A stretch of DNA of 63,642 bases, counting the filler. It is 5 parts of 5 records of this genome, joined end to end, with 100 filler letters (N's around TTAATTAATTAA, not from the genome) between each part and the next. Parts side by side here need not be neighbours in the genome. Positions count along the whole stretch, not along the records: positions 50,247 to 58,294 come from SRR20825010_6719; positions 58,395 to 63,642 come from SRR20825010_6735; 3 more parts are not named here. One strand, written 5' to 3'. The position numbers and the translations under genes were made by a program. The notes under the pieces are model-generated. The model was not told the DNA's origin, searched no databases, and was given only the letters and a program-made list of their open reading frames with translations. Shown here piece after piece: positions 52,105 to 60,721 of the stretch (positions are counted from its first letter, which is position 1; every line of letters begins with the position of its first letter).

Positions 52105-53466
52105 ATGATCCAAAGGGCCATTTCTTATTGGAAACTTCACAGGATTCCAATTTTAATGGTGCTGCTTAGTATCCTCTTTTATATTTCCTTTGGTCATCAT
52201 TTGGATCGGACCGATTTTATAAAGCTGCTTTGCCTTTATTTGGGGCTGTTCTTTTTATGCTATAAACTGATTCAGTTTGAAAAATGGAACTTCAAATTTT
52301 TGGCAATTTCCGGAACGATCTTCCGATTAATGCTACTTTTTGCCGAACCCAATCTTTCCCAGGATTTTTATAGATTTATATGGGATGGGCAGTTGATAAA
52401 CAATGGGTTGAGTCCTTATCTTCATCTTCCCAAGGACTTGATAATTCAGAATGGCCAACTTATGCACAATGCTGCAGAATTGGTAAGTGGCATGGGAAGC
52501 CTCAGCGCATCAAATTACAGTAATTATCCTCCATTGAACCAGTTTATTTTTGCCATGTCCACCTGGCTGTCAGGAAAGAGCGTGGTAGGAAGTGTATTGG
52601 TCATGAGGACCGTTATAATTATTTCCGATTTGGGAATTCTGTATTTCGGGCGTAAATTATTGCAGAAGCTCAATAAATCTACCCATCTCATCTTTTGGTA
52701 TTTCCTAAACCCATTGGTTGTTTTGGAACTTACCGGGAATCTGCATTTTGAAGGGGTAATGTTGTTCTTTTTCATATGGTCCATGTATCTTTTATGCAGT
52801 AAAAAATGGCTGTTGGCGGCTATTGTTTATGCGCTATCGATCTCTATAAAATTGGTGCCTTTACTATTTCTGCCCTTGTTTCTAAAATATTTTGGGTTTA
52901 AGAAAAGCATGCTCTTCTATGCTGTTGTGGGTATAACAACCGCACTTTTGGTGCTTCCGTTCTATTCCCCTGATTTTGCCGACAATTATATGGAGACTGT
53001 AGGGCTATGGTTCTCCAATTTTGAATTCAATGCCGGTCTATACAATGCCATAAAAAAGGTGGCTGTAAGTTTTGATGCCAAGCCGTGGGAACTCATCAAG
53101 GATTATGGAAAAATTACACCTATAGTCGTCATTGCCTCTGTGGCCTTGTTTACGTTTTTTAGGGACAATAAAAAGATTTCAAGCCTATTGACTTCCATGT
53201 TGTGGGTGCTGACTATTTATTATTTTCTGTCCGCTACCGTGCACCCCTGGTATATTATTTTCTTGGTGGTCTTAAGCCTGTTTACCGAGTTTAGATTTCC
53301 CTTGGTCTGGTCCTTGACTGTGATATTAAGTTACTGGGCCTATTCCAATGCAGGGTTTAAGGAGAATTATTGGTTGTTATCTGTTGAATATATTGCAGTA
53401 TATGGTTTTATGTTTTATGAAATTGTTAGATTACATAACAAAAAGATACTTTTTAGTAAAAATTGA
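52105..53466 (+). CDS. GT-C membrane mannosyltransferase-like protein (GT87/DUF2029-like)
   Basis: LSQDFYRFIWDG, NYPP, NPL..ELTGNLH, FEFNA and HPWY; polytopic membrane protein. Confidence 0.8.
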   Translation: MIQRAISYWKLHRIPILMVLLSILFYISFGHHLDRTDFIKLLCLYLGLFFLCYKLIQFEKWNFKFLAISGTIFRLMLLFAEPNLSQDFYRFIWDGQLINNGLSPYLHLPKDLIIQNGQLMHNAAELVSGMGSLSASNYSNYPPLNQFIFAMSTWLSGKSVVGSVLVMRTVIIISDLGILYFGRKLLQKLNKSTHLIFWYFLNPLVVLELTGNLHFEGVMLFFFIWSMYLLCSKKWLLAAIVYALSISIKLVPLLFLPLFLKYFGFKKSMLFYAVVGITTALLVLPFYSPDFADNYMETVGLWFSNFEFNAGLYNAIKKVAVSFDAKPWELIKDYGKITPIVVIASVALFTFFRDNKKISSLLTSMLWVLTIYYFLSATVHPWYIIFLVVLSLFTEFRFPLVWSLTVILSYWAYSNAGFKENYWLLSVEYIAVYGFMFYEIVRLHNKKILFSKN

Positions 53467-53497
53467 CACATCAATCCCAATAATTCATTTTTATTTG

Positions 53498-53505
53498 TAC
53501 TTTTG
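53498..53505 (+). promoter_or_regulatory. Bacteroidota -7 promoter element for the leader and arg operon
   Basis: TACTTTTG matches TAnnTTTG, 8 nt upstream of the leader ATG. Confidence 0.6.
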
Positions 53506-53513
53506 ATGGTAGA

Positions 53514-53597
53514 ATGAATAACTCATATTACATACTTAACGTAAACAAGGTGTCCAACCTTGCTTATTCATTTACGCCTACACGTCGTCGCCCGTAA
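53514..53597 (+). CDS. Putative Arg/Pro leader peptide MNNSYYILNVNKVSNLAYSFTPTRRRP
   Basis: 27-codon ORF read by hand, ending CCT ACA CGT CGT CGC CCG TAA, 86 nt upstream of the arg/pro operon. Confidence 0.7.
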   Translation: MNNSYYILNVNKVSNLAYSFTPTRRRP

Positions 53598-53612
53598 GGG
53601 TGCGCTTCTTTT
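53586..53612 (+). terminator. Putative attenuator terminator overlapping the leader's Arg/Pro codons and stop
   Basis: CG(T)CGCCC-GTAA-GGGTGCG hairpin with a GNRA loop, followed by CTTCTTTT. Confidence 0.55.
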
Positions 53613-53683
53613 ATGGAAATAGGTGAGTCCATTTCCCTCTCAAAAAAAATAAATTATAATTTTAATTTTAAAAGCAACATTCA

Positions 53684-54313
53684 ATGAAGATTGTTATTGC
53701 TAACGATTCCCATTTTAAATATGCTGAAGTCATCTGCGAAACCATTGCAGAGTCGGCCAAAGTGCGTGGTACAGGGATAGCCAAGCGTACTCCTGAATAT
53801 ATTCAAAAAAGACTGCATAATGGCAATGCCATTATTGCCCTGGACGGCGATAAGTTTGCCGGTTTCTGTTATATTGAGGTATGGGGACATGAAAAATTTG
53901 TAGCAAATTCGGGTCTTATAGTGCATCCTGATTACAGGAATCAAGGTTTGGCCAAGAAAATAAAGAAAGAGATTTTTGAACTTTCCAGAAGTAAATTTCC
54001 CAATGCCAAAATTTTTGGGATTACAACGGGCTTGGCAGTGATGAAGATGAACTATGAATTGGGCTATAAGCCGGTCACTTTTTCGGAACTTACTACCGAT
54101 CCGGAGTTTTGGAAGGGTTGTCAGACCTGTAAGAATTTCGATATCCTTACCAGGACAGAACAGAAAATGTGTCTTTGTACCGGAATGTTGTACGATCCGG
54201 AAACCAAAGCCAAGGAGGTCCAAAAGGAGCCCAAGGAAAAATTGAATTCCAAAGCCTTTCAAAGATTAAAGAGTATAAAGGAAAGTCTGTTCCTAAATAA
54301 GAAAACAAAGTAG
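53684..54313 (+). CDS. GNAT acetyltransferase, probable short N-acetylglutamate synthase (ArgA function)
   Basis: SAKVRGTGIAKR, ANSGLIV.PDYRNQGLA and FWKGCQTC..CLCT; first gene of the arg operon. Confidence 0.8.
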   Translation: MKIVIANDSHFKYAEVICETIAESAKVRGTGIAKRTPEYIQKRLHNGNAIIALDGDKFAGFCYIEVWGHEKFVANSGLIVHPDYRNQGLAKKIKKEIFELSRSKFPNAKIFGITTGLAVMKMNYELGYKPVTFSELTTDPEFWKGCQTCKNFDILTRTEQKMCLCTGMLYDPETKAKEVQKEPKEKLNSKAFQRLKSIKESLFLNKKTK

Positions 54314-54356
54314 TTGTAAAGTACTGCTGTGAAAATATAAATAATAATAGTTTAGC

Positions 54357-55547
54357 ATGAAGAAATTAGTTTTAGCGTATAGCGGTGGTTTGGATACTTC
54401 CTATTGTGCCAAGTATTTATCAAAGGATCAAGGGTTTGAAGTACATGCCGTAAGTGTAAATACCGGTGGCTTTTCAAAGGAAGAAATAGAGAGCATTCAT
54501 AAAAAGGCCTTGGAACTAGGGGCCACTTCCTACACTTCCATAGATGCTGTAAACACTTTTTATGAAAAGGTAGTAAAGTACTTGATTTTTGGAAATGTAT
54601 TAAAAAACAATACCTATCCCTTATCGGTAAGTGCGGAGCGAATTGTTCAGGCCATTGAAATTGTTAATTACGCCAAAAGAGTTGGTGCCAAATATATTGC
54701 CCACGGTAGTACGGGAGCAGGGAACGATCAGGTTAGGTTTGATATGATCTTCCAGATCATTGCACCGGAGATCGAAATTATTACCCCAATACGTGATAAT
54801 AAATTGGCCAGGGAGGTAGAAATTGAATATTTAAAGCAGAATGGGGTAGATTACCCTTGGGAAAAGGCAAAATACTCCATCAATAGAGGTTTATGGGGTA
54901 CTTCCGTTGGAGGCGAGGAAACACTTACCTCCCACAAGTCCTTACCGGATACTGCCTATCCAAGCCAATTGCAAAAAACAGAACCCACACAGTTGAAACT
55001 TACTTTTCATAAGGGGGAATTAATTGCGTTGGATGGCGATAACGATACCCCTGTGAACAACATCGTAAAATTGGAGGCCATCGCTTCCAAATACGCCATT
55101 GGTAGGGATATCCACGTTGGGGATACCATTATTGGCATTAAAGGTAGGGTAGGGTTTGAAGCCCCTGCTTCCCTGATCATTATCAAGGCCCACCATTTGT
55201 TGGAAAAACACACCTTGACCAAATGGCAACAGTACCAAAAGGAAATGCAAGGTAATTTCTATGGGATGTTGTTGCACGAAGGAAATTATTTGGATGAGGT
55301 TATGCGAAATATCGAAGCATTTTTGACCGATACCCAGAAGAACGTAAGCGGTGATGTCTTTGTTAGCTTGCACCCATATCGTTTTGAACTGGACGGGATA
55401 TCCTCTCCGCACGATCTTATGAACGCCTCCTTTGGCAGCTATGGTGAGATGAACAAAGGATGGTCTGCGGATGATGCCAAAGGCTTTATAAAAATACTTT
55501 CCAATTCCGGAAAAATATACAATCACGTAAATCAGAATAATGATTAA
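54357..55547 (+). CDS. argG: Argininosuccinate synthase
   Basis: LAYSGGLDTS, HGSTGAGNDQVRF and KGRVGFEAP. Confidence 0.96.
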   Translation: MKKLVLAYSGGLDTSYCAKYLSKDQGFEVHAVSVNTGGFSKEEIESIHKKALELGATSYTSIDAVNTFYEKVVKYLIFGNVLKNNTYPLSVSAERIVQAIEIVNYAKRVGAKYIAHGSTGAGNDQVRFDMIFQIIAPEIEIITPIRDNKLAREVEIEYLKQNGVDYPWEKAKYSINRGLWGTSVGGEETLTSHKSLPDTAYPSQLQKTEPTQLKLTFHKGELIALDGDNDTPVNNIVKLEAIASKYAIGRDIHVGDTIIGIKGRVGFEAPASLIIIKAHHLLEKHTLTKWQQYQKEMQGNFYGMLLHEGNYLDEVMRNIEAFLTDTQKNVSGDVFVSLHPYRFELDGISSPHDLMNASFGSYGEMNKGWSADDAKGFIKILSNSGKIYNHVNQNND

Positions 55548-56514
55548 GGCAGGAATTATAGGTGGTTCAGGGTATACTGGTGGGGAACTCATCAGAATTC
55601 TACTTAACCATCCCAATACAACTATAGATTTTGTTTTTAGTACCACTAGGGCGGGTAGAAAGATTACCACGGCCCACCCGGATTTGTTGGGGGTAACCGA
55701 TCTTGTATTTACAGGGGAGATCAATAAGGATGTGGATGTGGTATTTCTATGTCTTGGGCATGGGAACTCCACCAGTTTTTTAAAGGAAAACGAGTTCTCC
55801 AAAGACACCAAAATCATAGATTTAAGTAATGATTTTAGGTTGGAGGCCGATGCCGTTCTAGACGGAAAAACTTTTATTTACGGCTTGCCCGAACTGAAAA
55901 AGGAAGAAATTAAAAAGGCAAAATATATTGCCAACCCAGGTTGTTTTGCTACCGCAATCCAATTGGCGCTTTTACCCTTGGCAAAGGCCCATAAATTGGA
56001 CAGGCCGGTGCATGTCAATGCCGTTACCGGAAGTACAGGGGCGGGGGTAAGCCTTTCGGCTACCTCACATTTTAGCTGGAGGAACAATAACGTATCCTGG
56101 TACAAACCATTTACCCATCAGCACTTAGGGGAAATAAATGAAAGTCTCCACAGTCTTCAGGAAAATACCGGGGAAATTTTCTTCCTGCCAAACAGGGGGA
56201 ATTTTACCAGGGGGATTTTGGCTACGGCCTATACCGATTTTGAAGGGAGTCTGGAAGAGGCCTATGAACTGTACAAGGATTTTTACAAGGATGCGGCTTA
56301 TACCCAAGTGACGGAAGAGGATATCAACCTAAAACAGGTGGTAAATACCAACCAATGTCATATTCATTTGCACAAACACAATAATACCCTGCTGATTACC
56401 TCGGCCATAGACAATTTGTTGAAAGGGGCTTCAGGGCAGGCAGTGCAGAATATGAACTTGGCGTTCGGCTTTAAGGAAACTGAAGGGCTGCAATTAAAAG
56501 CAGGCGTATTTTAA
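55540..56514 (+). CDS. argC: N-acetyl-gamma-glutamyl-phosphate reductase
   Basis: GGSGYTG, ANPGCFAT, GSTGAG, HQHL and DNLLKGASGQAVQN. Confidence 0.96.
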   Translation: MIKAGIIGGSGYTGGELIRILLNHPNTTIDFVFSTTRAGRKITTAHPDLLGVTDLVFTGEINKDVDVVFLCLGHGNSTSFLKENEFSKDTKIIDLSNDFRLEADAVLDGKTFIYGLPELKKEEIKKAKYIANPGCFATAIQLALLPLAKAHKLDRPVHVNAVTGSTGAGVSLSATSHFSWRNNNVSWYKPFTHQHLGEINESLHSLQENTGEIFFLPNRGNFTRGILATAYTDFEGSLEEAYELYKDFYKDAAYTQVTEEDINLKQVVNTNQCHIHLHKHNNTLLITSAIDNLLKGASGQAVQNMNLAFGFKETEGLQLKAGVF

Positions 56515-56624
56515 TGTTGCGGTCCCAATAGGGTTGATGAACATTATTAAAACCTACCAAAAAATAAATTAACCAATCATTGAATTCCCTAGGTTTAGGG
56601 AATGAAGCAAATAACGAATAAGGA

Positions 56625-57419
56625 ATGAAAATAGCTATTATTGGAGCAGGTAATTTAGGTCTTTCCATCGCCAAAGGCATTTTGAGCACTAATGGGGCCA
56701 CTTCCATGGTCCTTACCAAGAGAAATCTTAGTGGGCTTAAGGAAATTGAAAAATATGGAATTGTTACCACTACTACGGATAATAGGGAAGCGGTGGCCAA
56801 ATCGGACATCCTTATTTTTGCGGTACAACCCGGGCAATTTGTAAAGATTTTAGGCGAGGTAAAGGACATCCTTACAGACAAGCATGTTATAATTTCTACC
56901 ATTACCGGTTTTAGTATTGCCAGAATGGAAGAAGTCATTGGGCCGGATCATTATATTATCCGTGCCATGCCCAATACGGCTATTTCCGTGGGCAAATCCA
57001 TGACCTGTATCTGTAGTAATGAGAAAGGTGCCAAGCGGATAGACCTGGCCAAGGCCATTTTTAACCGTATGGGGCATTCCATGCAAATTCCGGAAGACCA
57101 GATGCAGGCCGCTACCGTTATTTGTGCCAGTGGAATTGCGTTTTGGATGCGATTGATACGAGCTACCACCCAAGGGGCTATTCAATTGGGATTCGATGCC
57201 AAGGAAGCACAGGAATTGGCCATGCATACCTGTAATGGGGCTGCTAGTTTGTTGATAGAATCTGACAGTCACCCGGAAAATGAAATAGATAAGGTAACTA
57301 CTCCAAGGGGATGTACCATTTCCGGATTGAACGAAATGGAACACCAAGGGTTAAGCTCCTCCCTGATCAGGGGAATAGTAGCCTCATTTGACAAGATAAA
57401 CGAAATAAAAAAAGGATAA
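56625..57419 (+). CDS. proC: Pyrroline-5-carboxylate reductase
   Basis: IGAGNLG, FAVQP, RAMPN and VTTPRGCT. Confidence 0.9.
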   Translation: MKIAIIGAGNLGLSIAKGILSTNGATSMVLTKRNLSGLKEIEKYGIVTTTTDNREAVAKSDILIFAVQPGQFVKILGEVKDILTDKHVIISTITGFSIARMEEVIGPDHYIIRAMPNTAISVGKSMTCICSNEKGAKRIDLAKAIFNRMGHSMQIPEDQMQAATVICASGIAFWMRLIRATTQGAIQLGFDAKEAQELAMHTCNGAASLLIESDSHPENEIDKVTTPRGCTISGLNEMEHQGLSSSLIRGIVASFDKINEIKKG

Positions 57420-57478
57420 CCTCTACCTTGGACCTGCAAGGTATTTATTCAAGGGAGGTTCATAATACAATATAGAAG

Positions 57479-58294
57479 ATGGAATTATTTGATGTGTACC
57501 CATTATATAACGTTACTCCCGTTTCGGCCAAGGGAATCGTAGTTACCGATGAAAAAGGCCAGGAGTATTTGGATTTTTACGGTGGACATGCCGTAATTTC
57601 CATAGGGCATTCCCATCCGCATTATGTACAAAGATTAAAGGAGCAGTTGGATAAGATCGGTTTTTATAGCAATGCCGTCCAGAATCCTGTTCAGGAGGCC
57701 TTGGCAAATAAACTGGGAAAACTTTCTGGCTGTGAGGATTACAATCTGTTCCTCTGCAATTCTGGGGCAGAGGCCAACGAAAATGCCTTAAAATTGGCAT
57801 CGTTCCAAACAGGGAAATCACGTGTAATTGCCTTTAAACACGGATTCCATGGGAGAACTTCTGCTGCCGTGGCCGCCACGGACAACGAAAAAATAAATGC
57901 CCCCATCAACAAGCAACAAAAGGTAACCATACTTCCTTTCGAGGATTTGGCCGCTTTTAAAAACGAAATTTCCAAAGGGGATGTATGTTGTGTAATTATA
58001 GAGACCATTCAAGGGGTTGGGGGTCTGGATCAGCCGTCCCAGGAGTTTTATCAAAATATAGCTTCATTTTCTAAGGAAAACGGGGCATTGCTGATTGCAG
58101 ACGAGGTGCAATGTGGTTATGGAAGAAGTGGTAAATTTTTTGCCTTCCAACACTACGGCATCAAACCCGATATTATTACCGTAGCCAAGGGAATGGGCAA
58201 CGGATTTCCTATTGGCGGGGTCCTGATCCATGAAAACATCAAGGCTTCCTACGGCATGTTGGGAACCACCTTTGGGGGCAATCATTTGGCATGT
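57479..58294 (+). CDS. argD: Acetylornithine aminotransferase (3' truncated)
   Basis: NSGAEANE, FHGRT, DEVQCG, AKGMGNG and GTTFGGN. Confidence 0.9.
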
Positions 58295-58394
58295 NNNNNN
58301 NNNNNNNNNNNNNNNNNNNNNNNNNNNNNNNNNNNNNNTTAATTAATTAANNNNNNNNNNNNNNNNNNNNNNNNNNNNNNNNNNNNNNNNNNNN
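58295..58394. other. Artificial contig spacer
   Basis: N run containing TTAATTAATTAA. Confidence 0.98.
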
Positions 58395-58395
58395 C

Positions 58396-58896
58396 GCCAG
58401 CGCCTATCTGATCACCATGGCAGAAGGAGCGTCGCTGCATCTTGACCGGCTCAGGACAAGGCATGCCGATTATGATCCCGATGTGCGCGATCGCCTGCTG
58501 GCGGGGGCAATGATCCCGGGCGCCTGGGTGACCAAGGCGCAGAAATTCCGCAGCCTGTTTCGCGCGCAGATGCAGGCGCTGTTCGAAGACGTGGATGTAC
58601 TGATCGCACCTGCAACGCCTTGCGTGGCACCCCGCATCGGCCAGAAGACCTTTGTGCTCGGCGGCAAGGAACTTCCGGTACGGCCCAATCTGGGTATCTT
58701 CACCCAGCCGATATCCTTTATCGGCCTGCCGGTGGTTTCCGTTCCGGTTTGGCTTGAAGGGAGCAGCCTGCCGATTGGCGTTCAGATCATCACAGCGCCG
58801 TGGCGCGAGGACATGGCGCTCCGGGTCGCGGCATGGCTTGAGGAAAACGGCCATGTCGCCGCCCCGGTAGCAAGACTGGAAGAGAAGGCTGCATGA
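58396..58896 (+). CDS. AtzE-family amidase, C-terminal part (5' truncated)
   Basis: EGASLHL.RLR, RDRLLAG, NLGIFTQPISFIGLP and LPIGVQ..APWRED; next to an hpxZ/atzH-like gene. Confidence 0.85.
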   Translation, partial: ASAYLITMAEGASLHLDRLRTRHADYDPDVRDRLLAGAMIPGAWVTKAQKFRSLFRAQMQALFEDVDVLIAPATPCVAPRIGQKTFVLGGKELPVRPNLGIFTQPISFIGLPVVSVPVWLEGSSLPIGVQIITAPWREDMALRVAAWLEENGHVAAPVARLEEKAA

Positions 58897-59654
58897 TGAA
58901 ACAGGGCAAGTGGTCCGGCCGCGACGAGAACAAGGATGCGGTGCGCGGCGAGGTCTGGGATCAGCTGGAAACCGGCGGCTACGCGATGGGGCCGACCTGG
59001 AGCCATATCCCCAACTTCATCGGCGCCGACCAGGCGGCCTGGCATCTGGCGCAGACCGAGGAATGGAAGCGTGCGAAAACGGTCAAGTGCAATCCCGATC
59101 CGCCGCAGATCCCGCTGCGGCTCAGGGCGCTTTACGAGGGCAAGATGCTCTATGCGCCAGTGCCCTATCTGACCCGGGAGTTTCCCTATCTCCGCATTGA
59201 CCCGAAGGCGCTGATCGAAAAGGGCGTCTCCTTCGAACTCGCCGCCACCTCCGAAGGCTACATGATGCACGGCGAACGGATCGGGTTTGAAGAGGTCGAA
59301 CCGCTTGATTTCTGCATTGTCGGCTCGGTTGCCGTGAGCCGCCAGGGCGGACGCACCGGCAAGGGCGCGGGCTTTGCCGATCTTGAGACCGGCATTTTCC
59401 GCGAGCTTGGCATTATCGGGCCGGACACGCCGATAGCGACCACGGTCCATTCCTCGCAACTGGTGCCCGACAACAAGGTCTTCATGATGGCCCACGATTC
59501 CCCGCTCGATTTCGTCGCCACCGAGAAGGAGCTGATCGTCACCGGCAACACCGCCCCCCGGCCCAGGGGCGTGGCCTGGGATTTCGTCCAGGACGACCAG
59601 TTCGAAACCATTCCGTTCCTTCGTGATCTGCGTGACCGGATGACAACCCGATGA
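58893..59654 (+). CDS. 5-formyltetrahydrofolate cyclo-ligase paralogue (COG0212/MTHFSD type)
   Basis: [39 protein letters not shown] and HD.PLD; ATGA overlap. Confidence 0.85.
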   Translation: MMKQGKWSGRDENKDAVRGEVWDQLETGGYAMGPTWSHIPNFIGADQAAWHLAQTEEWKRAKTVKCNPDPPQIPLRLRALYEGKMLYAPVPYLTREFPYLRIDPKALIEKGVSFELAATSEGYMMHGERIGFEEVEPLDFCIVGSVAVSRQGGRTGKGAGFADLETGIFRELGIIGPDTPIATTVHSSQLVPDNKVFMMAHDSPLDFVATEKELIVTGNTAPRPRGVAWDFVQDDQFETIPFLRDLRDRMTTR

Positions 59655-60034
59655 TCATCAATGATCCGAAGGTGCATGCCGAGGTGATGGCGGTCTTTTC
59701 CCGCTACGAGCGGGCCTTGATCAGCAACGACGTTGCCGTTCTCGACGAGCTGTTCTGGCAAAGCGAACACACGATCCGTTACGGCGGCGGCGAGAACCTC
59801 TATGGCGCGGACGAGATCCTCGCGTTCAGGAATGCACGGCCGTCTTTGGGCCTCGAGCGCAGCCTGTCGCGCACGGTGATAACCACCTACGGCAATGATT
59901 TCGCCACCGCGTCGACATTGTTCGCGCGCGACACCGCGCCTGGCAAGAGCGGGCGCCAGATGCAGACCTGGGTGAGGATGGCCGATGGTTGGCGGGTTGT
60001 GGCCGCACATGTGAGTGTTATAGACACGCCCTGA
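59651..60034 (+). CDS. hpxZ: Oxalurate catabolism protein HpxZ / AtzH-like
   Basis: YERAL..ND..LDELFW, RYG..ENLYG, GRQMQTW and WRVVAAHVS. Confidence 0.88.
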   Translation: MIINDPKVHAEVMAVFSRYERALISNDVAVLDELFWQSEHTIRYGGGENLYGADEILAFRNARPSLGLERSLSRTVITTYGNDFATASTLFARDTAPGKSGRQMQTWVRMADGWRVVAAHVSVIDTP

Positions 60035-60064
60035 CCGAAAGGGCCTCAGGGGAATATCCGCGCA

Positions 60065-60721
60065 ATGCCAACCAGTGCCGAGACCATACGACACGCGCTT
60101 GCGCGGCGCATTGTGAGCGGCGATCTCGAACCCGGAACCGTGCTCGATGAAACCCGTCTGGCAACCGAGTTCAGCGTCTCGCGCACGCCGGTGCGGGAGG
60201 CCCTGCGCAAGCTGGGCGCGACCGGGCTGGTGGTGCAATCATCGCATCGGCGGACGCTTGTCGCCAAGCCTGACGATCAGGAGCTCGCCAACATCTTCTT
60301 CGTCATGGCGCAGCTGGAAACCATGTGCGCCGGTCAGAGCGCGCTGACCATGACCACGCGGCAGCGCAATTTCCTCCAGGCCATGCATGACGAGATGGCA
60401 GCCCTGGTTCGCAGTGGCAGCGGCAAGGACTACACGCTCGCCAACGAAGCCTTTCATTCGGCGATCTACGAAGGAACCGGCAATTCCTACCTGGCGGAGC
60501 TGACCGCCAACACGCGTCTGAGGCTGCAACCGTTCCGGCGGGCACAGTTCGAAACGCCGGGCAGGCTCGCTGCCTCGCATGCCGAGCATTCCGCCGTGGT
60601 CGAAGCCATCATGCGAGCCGATCGTGATGCAGCCGAACAGGCCATGCGCGCCCATATCGGTTATGTCGAGGGCGCCTGGAAGCGGTTCTCCAGCCGGGTT
60701 CAGGAACGGCTGGCGATATAG
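60065..60721 (+). CDS. GntR-family regulator (FCD domain)
   Basis: DETRLATEFSVSRTPVREAL, FH and EH..AMRAH; 3' end overlaps atzF by 22 nt. Confidence 0.9.
   Translation: MPTSAETIRHALARRIVSGDLEPGTVLDETRLATEFSVSRTPVREALRKLGATGLVVQSSHRRTLVAKPDDQELANIFFVMAQLETMCAGQSALTMTTRQRNFLQAMHDEMAALVRSGSGKDYTLANEAFHSAIYEGTGNSYLAELTANTRLRLQPFRRAQFETPGRLAASHAEHSAVVEAIMRADRDAAEQAMRAHIGYVEGAWKRFSSRVQERLAI

Noticed and set aside
1-57419. Duplicated argC and proC as paralogues
   Set aside because: The copies lie on different contigs from different organisms.
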